From Egibacteraceae bacterium (GTDB taxonomy: Bacteria; Actinomycetota; Nitriliruptoria; Euzebyales; Egibacteraceae): a DNA stretch of 34,066 bases. The stretch covers positions 1 through 34,066 of the forward strand of contig DASZOD010000311.1 in assembly GCA_035550935.1 (NCBI GenBank), written 5' to 3'. This document shows positions 20,273-27,872 of this stretch, piece by piece (position 1 is the first letter of the stretch; each line of letters begins with the position of its first letter). Made by a program: the position numbers and the translations under genes. The notes under the pieces are model-generated. The model made no database searches, had not been told where the DNA came from, and saw only the letters and a list, made by a program, of their open reading frames with translations.

Positions 20273-21922
20273 TCAGGGCGAGGGCGGCCGCGCAGCGGCC
20301 GCCGGCGGGCGGGGATCTGTGTAGGACACCGTCGGGTCGATCAGGACGTTGACGAGATAGGGCACGCCGGCGGCGAGCCCACGTTCGAACGCGGGCGCGA
20401 GGTCCGAGGGTCGCTGCACCGTCTCGCCGGCGCCCCCCAGTGCGGTGACGACCTCGTCGTAGCGCAGGCCTGGCTGCCGGTCGGCGGCGCCGTCCCCGTC
20501 GTCGTCGCGCTGGCGCCCGGGCTCCCTGTCCGGCCAGATCCCGTTGTTGCCCACCACGACGAGGACCGGCAGCCGGTGACGCACGAGCGTGGCTGCGTCC
20601 ATCATGCCTCTGGCCGCGGCCCCCTCGCCGAGCACGGCGACCACCTGGCGGTGGGGATGCGCCAACCGGGCAGCGGCCGCGTAGCCCATGCCGGTGCCCA
20701 GGCAGCCGAAGGGTCCGGGGTCGAGCCAGCACCCGGGCGTGTAGGTGTCGACGTAGCAGCCGACGAAGGACATGAGGTCGTCGCCGTCGCCGATGACGAC
20801 CGCGTCGCGGTCCAGCAGCCGCCGCAGCTCGCCGCAGACCCGGGCGGGGTGGATCGGGGCGGCGTCGGATTCCAGCAGGGCGGCGTCGGCGGCGCGCGCG
20901 GCGGCCTCCGCGTCGCGCAGCTGCTCGCTCCAGGCCCGGCGTTGCTCGGTCGCCTCACCGACGGCCTCGGCGAGGGCGGTCAGGGCGGCGGCGAGGTCGC
21001 CCGCGACGCCGGCCGCCAGCTCGACGTGCCCGGCGAGCAGCCCGGGATGGTCGGCCACGTGCATCACCCTGGCGTCGGCGCAGCGGTCGAAGCCCACACG
21101 CGAGTCCAGGGGCATGCCGACGACGGTGACGAGGTCGGCGCGGCTCAGCGCCAGGCCCCGGGCCCTGGACACCACCAGGTCGTGGTCCGCAGGCAGGCAG
21201 CCCCGGCCCATGCCCTGGAGCACGACCGGCAACCCGGCGGCGTCGACCAGGTCGCGCAGCGCCGCGTAGGCTCCGCCCAACCACACGTCGGTGCCGGCCA
21301 CGAGCAGCGGCCGCTCCGCGCGACGCAGCTCGGCGGCCGCCGCCGCGACGGCGTCGAGATCGACTTCGACGGGCTCGGGGGGTGGCGGGCCGGCGACCGT
21401 GACCTCGTCCGCCCGGGCGACCATGACGTCGGCGGGGATGTCGACCAGGGCCGGCCCGCGGTGGGGGGTGCCCGCTGCGCGCAGGGCCCCGGCGACGGCC
21501 GGGGCGACGGCCGCGGGCTCGCTGGCGGTCGCCGCGTGCTTGACGAGCGCTGCCACCACGGCCTGGTGGTCAGGCTCCTGCAGGTTGCCGCTCCCGACCG
21601 TGGCCGGCGGGGCGCGGCCGGCCAGGACCGTCAGCGGCGACCCGCCGGAGGCGGCCGTGGCGATCGCGCTGAGCGCGTTGATGACCCCCGGCCCGGCGCT
21701 CAGCGCGGCGACCTGGGGTCGGCGGGTGAGCTTGGCCATCGCTTCGGCGGCGAAGGCGGCCGCCTGCTCGTGGCGCGTGTCGACGATGCGCACCCCCTCG
21801 TGGCGGCAGCCGTCGTAGAGGGGGAAGAGGTCGCCGCCGGGCAGGGTGAACAGCTGCTCCACCCCCGCGCGCCTGAGCGCGCGGACCGCCAGACGGCCGC
21901 TGGGCAACTCCCCCATCGGCAC
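20273..21922 (-). CDS. thiamine-diphosphate-dependent enzyme (acetolactate synthase large-subunit-like family; substrate unknown)
   Basis: 549 aa. The PYR domain has 'VDTRHEQAAAFAAEAMAKLTRRP...GPGVINALSAIATA' (catalytic Glu in HEQ) and 'GSGNLQEPDH'. The PP domain has 'GCLGTGMGYAAAARLA...VLGEGAA...VVVGNNGIW', the TPP-binding motif with GEG in place of GDG. Confidence 0.8.
   Translation of the reverse strand: MPMGELPSGRLAVRALRRAGVEQLFTLPGGDLFPLYDGCRHEGVRIVDTRHEQAAAFAAEAMAKLTRRPQVAALSAGPGVINALSAIATAASGGSPLTVLAGRAPPATVGSGNLQEPDHQAVVAALVKHAATASEPAAVAPAVAGALRAAGTPHRGPALVDIPADVMVARADEVTVAGPPPPEPVEVDLDAVAAAAAELRRAERPLLVAGTDVWLGGAYAALRDLVDAAGLPVVLQGMGRGCLPADHDLVVSRARGLALSRADLVTVVGMPLDSRVGFDRCADARVMHVADHPGLLAGHVELAAGVAGDLAAALTALAEAVGEATEQRRAWSEQLRDAEAAARAADAALLESDAAPIHPARVCGELRRLLDRDAVVIGDGDDLMSFVGCYVDTYTPGCWLDPGPFGCLGTGMGYAAAARLAHPHRQVVAVLGEGAAARGMMDAATLVRHRLPVLVVVGNNGIWPDREPGRQRDDDGDGAADRQPGLRYDEVVTALGGAGETVQRPSDLAPAFERGLAAGVPYLVNVLIDPTVSYTDPRPPAAAARPPSP
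20275..20317. repeat. 43-nt GC-rich palindromic repeat, copy A (REP-like / hairpin element)
   Basis: The sequence is agggCgagGGCGGCCGCgcaGCGGCCGCCggcgggcggggatc. It has a perfect 9-bp stem (20283-20291 / 20295-20303) and a 3-nt loop. It matches copy B at 27871-27913 at 42 of 43 positions, in the same orientation. It starts on the last base of the TPP-enzyme stop codon (minus strand) and supplies that protein's last ~13 codons (PRPPAAAARPPSP). Confidence 0.8.
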
Positions 21923-21951
21923 CCTCTCGTTGTCGACGCTCGCCGCGAAGG

Positions 21952-24483
21952 CTAGCCCCCCGCGCCCCAGGTGGCCGCCGTGGGGATGACGGGCTGACTG
22001 GCGCGCGTCCTCAACCAGTCGTCGAGCCGGGCGATCGTGACCGGGTGGCTGAGGTAGTAGCCCTGAGCGACGTCACACCCCAGTGTGACCAGCCGGTTCC
22101 AGGTGGCCCGATCCTCCACCCCCTCGGCGACGACCCGCAGGCCGAGGTTGCGGGCCAGGTCGATGGTGGAGCGCACGATGACCGCGTCGCTGGCTGCCGA
22201 CAGCATCTTCGTCACGAACGACCGGTCGATCTTGATCTCGTCGACGGGCAGGCGACCCAGCGACGACAGCGACGAGTAGCCGGTGCCGAAGTCGTCGATG
22301 GCCAGGCTCACCCCCATCCCCCGCAGCTTGGCCAGCACCTCCTCTGTGCGCCTGGGGTCGGTCATCATGCAGCTCTCGGTGATCTCCAGACGCAGCATCC
22401 TGGCCGGCACCTGAAACTCGACCAGCAGCCGCGCCACCTCGTCGGGCAGCTCGAGGTCGAGCAGGTTGCGCACCGACAGGTTCACCGCCACGGTGAGGTC
22501 GACGCCGGTCGAGCGCCACCGTTGGCACTGCTGCAGCACGCAACGCAACACGTAGCGGGTCAGGCCCCGGATGAGGCCCGCCTGCTCGGCGAGGGGGATG
22601 AACTCGTCGGGCGCGATCGGTCCGTGCACGGGGTGGTGCCAGCGCACCAACGCCTCGACGCCGACCACTCGCCCGGTCCGCAGCTCGGCCTGAGGCTGGT
22701 AGTGGACGGCCAGCCCGCTGCCGGCGATGGCGGCCTGCAGCTCGCAGACGAGGGTCAGGCGGCGCGGGCTGTACTGGTCGCGTTCGGGCGCGTACAGCTC
22801 GACGCCGCTCTGGCTGAGCTTCGCGTGGTACATCGCGACGTCGGCGCAGCGCAGCAGGATCGAGGAACTGTGCCCGTGGTCGGGGGCGAGGGCGATGCCG
22901 ATGCTGCCGCCGACCTGCAGCAACATGTCGTCCACGTCGAACGGCTGGCACAGCCGCGCCCGGATCCGCTCGGCGACCCTTACGGCCACAGCGCCGGCCA
23001 CGGCGGGCAGCAGGACCGCGAACTCGTCGCCGCCGAGGCGGGCGATGCTGTCGCAGGGACGCAGCGCGTCCCTGATGCGTGCGCCGATCTGCTGCAGCAG
23101 ACGGTCACCGGTGTGGTGGCCGAGCGTGTCGTTGACGTCCTTGAAGCGGTCCAGGTCGATGAGCATGACCGCCACCCTGGCCCCGGTGACGTCGGCAGCG
23201 ATGGCCGCCTGGACCTGTTCGTGGAACAGACCCCGGTTGGGCAGGCCTGTCAGCGAGTCGTGCAGCGCCTGGTGCTCGCGGTCCGCGGCCTCCTGGCGAA
23301 GCCGGTCGATGAGCGCGCTGTTCTCCAGCGCCATGCTCGCGTGATTGGCCAGCGTCTCGAACAGCTTGAGGTCCCAGACACCGAAGGTGGAGACGTCGCC
23401 GAGACGGTTGCCGACCAGCAGCGTCCCCAGAGCGCCGCCCTTGCCGGACAGGGGGACGACCATGGCGTCCTTGAGCGCCCGCGCGTGCAGGAAGGCGCGC
23501 AGGGCCGGCGTTGACGGGTTGCGCCGTGCCAGGACCGCCCGTCGGCCTTCGACGACCTCGATCAGGGGGGCGCCGCGGGGCTCCCGGAAGCGGTCGTCGG
23601 GTCCCAGCGCCAGCGACAGCGACGGGCGGTTGCCCCTCGGAGCGGTCAGGACGACTTCGGCGATCTCCGCCTGCAGCAGGTCGCGGGCCTGCTCCAGCAG
23701 CGTGCGCGCCATGGCCTCCGTGGGCATGGGCTCGTCGATGCGGGTCAACTCGTGCAGCCGCTCGAGGCTGTCGTGGCGCTGCCGCCAGGAGCCGTAGCCT
23801 CGGTAGGCGCACGACATGACCACCGCCACCACCGCCACGAACCACACCGCGGCGGGCTGGAACCACAGGATCGTGACGGCCAGCAGCGCCAGGCTGGTGT
23901 TGGTCACCGTGGCCACCATCGAGGCCACGAGCACCCAGCGGAAGATGTGGGGCTGCCACCGCCCCTCGTAGACCGAGATCGCCAGCGGGACGGCCAACGC
24001 CCGCAACGCCCAGGTGGCCAGCAACGCGGCCGCCAGCGCGGCGGACCATCCCCGGGGCGTCACCGGGGTGCCGCCGCCGAGCAGCCAGCGGTACAGGACG
24101 ATCGCGGTGCAGGCCTCCAGCCAGAACACGGCCAGGTTGAACGACGCCTTGAGCACCGGTTGGCGCCGGTGCAGGAGCAGCGCCAGGGCCGATCCCGTCA
24201 GGTGGGCGAGCACCAGCTCGTCCGGTCGGGCGAACACGAGACCGAGCACGAGTGGCACCTCGCTCATCGAGCGCGAGTGCACGTGGCGGCGGAAGGAGAC
24301 GTGGAACACCGACGCTTCGGCGAGCGCGAACAGCGTGGCCAGCACCCACACGGGCAGGCGCAGCGGCACCTGCAGCGGGGCCAGGGGGCCGACCGCGGCG
24401 ACGTGCAGGCCTCCGGCCGCGGCGGCCAGCACCGTGGTCAGGGCCCACACCCGGGCGCTTCCGCTAGCCGGCGGCCGCGTCAT
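21952..24483 (-). CDS. polytopic-membrane GAF-GGDEF-EAL protein (putative bifunctional diguanylate cyclase / c-di-GMP phosphodiesterase)
   Basis: The true start is taken as the ATG at 24483 ('MTRPPASGSARVWALTTVLAAAAGG'). There are about 8 TM helices, then a GAF-like region ('LSGKGGALGTLLVGNRLGDVSTFGVWDLKLFETLANHASMALENS'). The GGDEF domain follows: 'DSLTGLPNRGLF', 'DLDRFKDVNDTLGHHTGD', I-site 'RPCD', then 'RLGGDEFAVLL'. The EAL domain has 'YQPQ', 'VEALVRW', 'LEITE', 'DDFGTGYSSL', 'IKIDRSF', 'VAEGVE'. The track ORF 21952..24765 is extended upstream through an alternative frame of the protease repeat. Confidence 0.85.
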   Translation of the reverse strand: MTRPPASGSARVWALTTVLAAAAGGLHVAAVGPLAPLQVPLRLPVWVLATLFALAEASVFHVSFRRHVHSRSMSEVPLVLGLVFARPDELVLAHLTGSALALLLHRRQPVLKASFNLAVFWLEACTAIVLYRWLLGGGTPVTPRGWSAALAAALLATWALRALAVPLAISVYEGRWQPHIFRWVLVASMVATVTNTSLALLAVTILWFQPAAVWFVAVVAVVMSCAYRGYGSWRQRHDSLERLHELTRIDEPMPTEAMARTLLEQARDLLQAEIAEVVLTAPRGNRPSLSLALGPDDRFREPRGAPLIEVVEGRRAVLARRNPSTPALRAFLHARALKDAMVVPLSGKGGALGTLLVGNRLGDVSTFGVWDLKLFETLANHASMALENSALIDRLRQEAADREHQALHDSLTGLPNRGLFHEQVQAAIAADVTGARVAVMLIDLDRFKDVNDTLGHHTGDRLLQQIGARIRDALRPCDSIARLGGDEFAVLLPAVAGAVAVRVAERIRARLCQPFDVDDMLLQVGGSIGIALAPDHGHSSSILLRCADVAMYHAKLSQSGVELYAPERDQYSPRRLTLVCELQAAIAGSGLAVHYQPQAELRTGRVVGVEALVRWHHPVHGPIAPDEFIPLAEQAGLIRGLTRYVLRCVLQQCQRWRSTGVDLTVAVNLSVRNLLDLELPDEVARLLVEFQVPARMLRLEITESCMMTDPRRTEEVLAKLRGMGVSLAIDDFGTGYSSLSSLGRLPVDEIKIDRSFVTKMLSAASDAVIVRSTIDLARNLGLRVVAEGVEDRATWNRLVTLGCDVAQGYYLSHPVTIARLDDWLRTRASQPVIPTAATWGAGG

Positions 24484-24518
24484 CGACCGTGGCGGTCCCG
24501 GCTGGACGGCCGCCAGGG

Positions 24519-26237
24519 TCAACCCCACCCGGCCGACGACCAGGCGTCCGCCGACCAGCTGTCGCCCGACCAGGAGTCGCCCGACCACGAGTCGCCGTTC
24601 CACACGCCCGACCAGCTGTCGCCCGACCAGGAGTCGCCCGACCAGGAGTCGCCCGACCACGAGTCGCCGTTCCAGGTCCCGCCGGACCACGTGGTGCCCG
24701 ACCACGACCCGCCGGCCCAGCTGCTGCCCTCCCAGGCCGCCGCGGACCAGCCGTAGGCGTCCCACAGCGCCCCGGACGCGTCGACCTCACCGACCAGCGC
24801 GTCGGACGGGTGCAGAGAGCCTCGCGCGGCCTCCATCAGGCCCAGGCCGGCGGCGGGCACCCACGACTGGCGGTGGTCGGGCGTTGCGGCCCGGGCGGCG
24901 TTCTTCAGGTTGATCAGGCCGGAGCCCTGGGCCACCGGATCGGCGCTGGGCAGCGCCAGCGCGTTGGCGGTGACCAGGCTCTTGACCTGGTCGGGGGTGA
25001 GCGCCGGGCGCTGCTGCAGCAGCAACGCCACCCCCCCGGACACGCTCGCGCTGGCCTGCGACGTCCCGCTGCCCCGGAAGAAGCGCTCATCGACGCGCGC
25101 GCCAGGGTGCGCGAGGTCCAGGTGGGAACCCGGATCGCGCAGCGAGGTGATCGACGCGCCGGGAGCCACCAGGTCGGGGTTGCGCAGCCCGTCGCCGCGG
25201 CTGGACCAGTCGGGGATCTGGTCGTCGTGCGTCGGCTTGGTGCCCATGAGGTCGTTCGCGCCGACGGCGATGACGAAGGGGTCGTAGGCGGGGTTGTTCA
25301 TGCGCTGGTCGCCGAAGCCCTCGTTGCCGGCGGCGGCCACCACGACGATGCCGCGGCTCCAGGCCACCTCCACGGCGTAGGCCAGCGGGTCGAGCGTGTA
25401 ATCCTGGATTCCGTCGGTGCCGAACGCCAGGTTCAGCACCCGGATGTTGAGCCCCGGGTCGTTGCGGTGCTGGACCACCCAGTCGATGGCGGCGATGACC
25501 TGGGACACGTCGGTCGTGCCGTTGGCGGTGGCCACCTTCACGCTGACCAGCGTCGCGTCGGGGGCGATGCCGGCGAAGTGCGCCGGGTCGCCGCTGTCGG
25601 CCTGCCCGTCTCCGTCGCTGTCGACCAGCGACCAGCCCGGGTCGCGCCCGGCGATGATGCCGGCCAGGTGGGTGCCGTGCCCGTAGGTGTCGAGGTGGCG
25701 CAGCCCAGGGTCGCCACCCTCGAACGACAGGTCCGGGCCGTGCACGACGCCGGCTTCCAGACCTTGCACGGGCACGGTCCCGGAGTCGACGAGGGCCACG
25801 CCGATGCCCGCGCCGGTGTAGCCGCGCTCCCACAGGTAGGGCGCCTCGATCAACTCGGCCACGGTCTTGGTGGAGCCGAGGTCACCGCCCGTCGAGGCCT
25901 CGCCGTGGAGGCGGACCGGGGCGTCAGGGGTGACCGAGCGCACGCCCGGGGACTGCGCCAGCAGCGCCACCGCCGGCCCGGGGACCGTGGCCGCGAAGCC
26001 GTCGATGATCGCCAGTCTCCGACCGACCTGGCCGCCCAGGGCCGCGACGAGCCGCTGGGGCGCCGCGCCGGCACCGGGCAGCTTGCGGACCACGACGCCC
26101 ACCGCCGGCGGCTCGGGTCCGGCCGAGGGAGCCGCGGCCAGCCCCGCGACGACCAGCGCCGTCACCACCGCGACGACCGCGTGCCTTGCACGAAGCGCCC
26201 CGGTGCCCGCGGTCGCCGTCGTGGCCCCTCGCATCAT
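24519..26237 (-). CDS. secreted S8 (subtilisin-like) serine protease with I9 propeptide and C-terminal Trp-pentad repeat tail
   Basis: I prefer the ATG at 26237 (AGGA with a 6-nt spacer) over the track GTG at 26255. Signal peptide 'MMRGATTATAGTGALRARHAVVAVVTALVVAGLAAA'. Propeptide-like 'GRRLAIIDGFAATVPGPAVALLAQSPGVRSVTPDAPV'. Catalytic triad blocks 'GVALVDSG' (D), 'GHGTHLAGIIAG' (H) and 'GSGTSQASASVSG' (S). The tail is (xGxSW)~16. Confidence 0.85.
   Translation of the reverse strand: MMRGATTATAGTGALRARHAVVAVVTALVVAGLAAAPSAGPEPPAVGVVVRKLPGAGAAPQRLVAALGGQVGRRLAIIDGFAATVPGPAVALLAQSPGVRSVTPDAPVRLHGEASTGGDLGSTKTVAELIEAPYLWERGYTGAGIGVALVDSGTVPVQGLEAGVVHGPDLSFEGGDPGLRHLDTYGHGTHLAGIIAGRDPGWSLVDSDGDGQADSGDPAHFAGIAPDATLVSVKVATANGTTDVSQVIAAIDWVVQHRNDPGLNIRVLNLAFGTDGIQDYTLDPLAYAVEVAWSRGIVVVAAAGNEGFGDQRMNNPAYDPFVIAVGANDLMGTKPTHDDQIPDWSSRGDGLRNPDLVAPGASITSLRDPGSHLDLAHPGARVDERFFRGSGTSQASASVSGGVALLLQQRPALTPDQVKSLVTANALALPSADPVAQGSGLINLKNAARAATPDHRQSWVPAAGLGLMEAARGSLHPSDALVGEVDASGALWDAYGWSAAAWEGSSWAGGSWSGTTWSGGTWNGDSWSGDSWSGDSWSGDSWSGVWNGDSWSGDSWSGDSWSADAWSSAGWG
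24522..24764 (-). repeat. in-frame tandem repeat (15-nt core unit) encoding Trp-pentads at the protease C-terminus
   Basis: The + strand core unit GTCGCCCGACCAGGA is reiterated. The 52-nt block 24551-24602 recurs at 24608-24674 with exactly one extra 15-nt unit. All six frames are open across it. Confidence 0.9.
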
Positions 26238-26263
26238 GAAAGGTCCTGTTCCCACCGCGCCAA

Positions 26264-26287
26264 GATGGTCGTTTAGTAACGACCATC
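26264..26287. promoter_or_regulatory. 24-bp palindrome GATGGTCGTT-tagt-AACGACCATC (candidate operator upstream of the protease gene)
   Basis: Perfect 10-bp arms with a 4-nt centre. It is conspicuously AT-rich for this genome and lies 27-50 nt upstream of the protease ATG (26237), inside a roughly 310-bp non-coding stretch. The palindrome itself is certain; the regulatory role is inferred. Confidence 0.4.
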
Positions 26288-26550
26288 CCGATTCATGAGA
26301 CAGGATATCGCCTGGCGTAGTCTGGGCGCAACTGTGCGTCTATGGTTCGAGGCGCGGGACGGCCACCGGCCTGCGTCGGTCGACCGCTCGTCGCGACCAG
26401 GCGGCACGGCGAAATGGGCCGCGGTTGCCCGCGTCGGCCACGTGGGTCATCCGACCAGCAAGCTCGCCGCGGACTCCGGCCACTCCGCGGTCATCGTGTG
26501 GGCAAGGTGGTCGGGTTGTTTGGTCAGAGCTTCAGCCGTCGCCCGCCGCT

Positions 26551-27417
26551 TCAGCTGCGGTACTCGTAGAACCCGCGTCCGGCCTTGCGGCCCAGCAGGC
26601 CGGCCTCGACCATCCGCAGCAGCAGGGGCGGGGGCGCGTACAGGGGCTCTTTGAACTCCCCGTACAGCGACTGGGCGACCGCCATCGTCGTGTCCAGGCC
26701 GATGAGGTCGGTCAAGGCCAGTGGCCCCATGGGATGGTTGCAGCCCTCGACCATGCCCGCGTCGATGTCCTCGGCGGTGGCGAAGCCCGACTCGAGCATG
26801 CGCATGGCCGACAGCAGGTAGGGGATCAGCAGCGCGTTGACGATGAAGCCCGCCCGGTCCTTGGAACGGATCACCCGCTTGCCCAGCTGCGTCGCGGCGA
26901 AGCGCTCGGCGCGCTCAACAGTGTCGTCGCCGGTCAGCAACGACGGCACCAACTCGACGAGGTGCAGCACGGGGACAGGGTTGAAGAAGTGCAGGCCCAC
27001 GACCTTGTCGCGACGCTGGGTGGCCATCGCCAGCTTCATGATCGGGATCGACGAGGTGTTGGAGGCCAGAATGGCCCGGGGGTCCTCGACGACCTTGTCG
27101 AGGGTCGAGAAGACCTCCAGCTTCAAGGGCTCGTCCTCGGGAACGGCCTCGATGACGAGCTGGCGGTCGGCCACGTCGTCCCACTCGGTGGTGAGGCGGA
27201 TGCGATCGCGGGCCGCCGCCCGCTCGGCGACGGACAGCTTGCCGGCCTTGACCGCCCGCGCCATCGAGCGCTCGATGGCCTGGTGACTGCGTCGGCCGGC
27301 GGCCACGTCGACCTCTCGGACGACCACGTCGAGACCGGCTCGCGCCGCGACCTCGGCGATGCCCGTGCCCATGAGCCCGCCGCCGACCACGGCGACGCGC
27401 GCGATGTCCGTACTCAA
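26551..27417 (-). CDS. 3-hydroxyacyl/3-hydroxybutyryl-CoA dehydrogenase (NAD-binding)
   Basis: 288 aa. TTG start preceded by GGAGGG with a 6-nt spacer. Rossmann motif 'VAVVGGGLMGTGIAEV', 'EAVPEDEPLKLEVF', 'ILASNTSSIPI', 'GLHFFNPVPVLHLVE', 'FIVNALLIPYL', 'GCNHPMGPLALTDLIGLD'. Confidence 0.85.
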   Translation of the reverse strand: MSTDIARVAVVGGGLMGTGIAEVAARAGLDVVVREVDVAAGRRSHQAIERSMARAVKAGKLSVAERAAARDRIRLTTEWDDVADRQLVIEAVPEDEPLKLEVFSTLDKVVEDPRAILASNTSSIPIMKLAMATQRRDKVVGLHFFNPVPVLHLVELVPSLLTGDDTVERAERFAATQLGKRVIRSKDRAGFIVNALLIPYLLSAMRMLESGFATAEDIDAGMVEGCNHPMGPLALTDLIGLDTTMAVAQSLYGEFKEPLYAPPPLLLRMVEAGLLGRKAGRGFYEYRS

Positions 27418-27530
27418 ATGGAACCCTCCGCGCTGACCGTTTCGTCGCTGCGAGGCTAGCAGCCCGGTTCGCCAGCGAGCTCAGCACGCGGCAGGATGCT
27501 GGTCCCGACGACACGGCGAGGCGACGCACG

Positions 27531-27872
27531 ATGACCACGGACTGTCTGTTCTGCAAGATCGTCGCCGGCGAGGAGGCCGCCGAGCGGGTGGCCGCGGACA
27601 ACGGCATCATCGCCATCAACGACAAGTACCCGCGTGCGCCGGTGCACGTGCTCGTGATCCCCGAGGTCCACGTGGACTCGGCCCACGACCTGACCGACGA
27701 GCACCACGAGCTCCTGGCAGGCTGCTTCCGGCTGGCCCGGCGCGTCGCCGACCAGCAGGGCATCGCCGAGGGCTACCGGGTCGTGACCAACATCGGTCCC
27801 CGCGGCGGCCAGGCCATCCCCCACCTGCACTTCCATGTCTTGGGCGGCAAGCAGCTCGGCCATGTCGACTAG
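27531..27872 (+). CDS. HIT-family (histidine triad) nucleotide-binding protein
   Basis: 113 aa. 'CLFCKIVAGE', 'VHVLVIPEVH', and the histidine triad 'HLHFHVLGG'. Confidence 0.9.
   Translation: MTTDCLFCKIVAGEEAAERVAADNGIIAINDKYPRAPVHVLVIPEVHVDSAHDLTDEHHELLAGCFRLARRVADQQGIAEGYRVVTNIGPRGGQAIPHLHFHVLGGKQLGHVD

Noticed and set aside
13767-20352. Long + strand ORFs 13767..15512 (581 aa), 17458..18189 and 18343..20352 (669 aa)
   Set aside because: They are antisense to recO/era, the CBS transporter, ybeY and phoH. They are low-complexity, have no recognisable motifs and show the wrong codon-position GC pattern.
24522-24764. Possible CRISPR-like array, because of the regularly spaced short repeats
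   Set aside because: The units are contiguous 15-mers with no spacers. They are in-frame inside a protease gene, and no cas genes are present.
24484-24765. N-terminal extension of ORF 21952..24765 with a striking 'LVGR' repeat (RLLVGRLLVGRQLVGR...)
   Set aside because: It is simply another reading frame of the protease's 15-bp tandem repeat, where all six frames are open. A membrane-protein start with a sensible N-terminus (MTRPPASG...) exists at 24483, just after the protease stop.
26288-26550. c-di-GMP riboswitch (GEMM-I/II) in the leader of the protease/GGDEF-EAL cluster
   Set aside because: I looked for the conserved GEMM-I core, meaning the GGCAAA-type tetraloop/receptor context around an 'ACGCACAG' stretch that is present at about 26330. 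The surrounding sequence does not fit the consensus as I remember it, and I cannot confirm it without a covariance-model scan.
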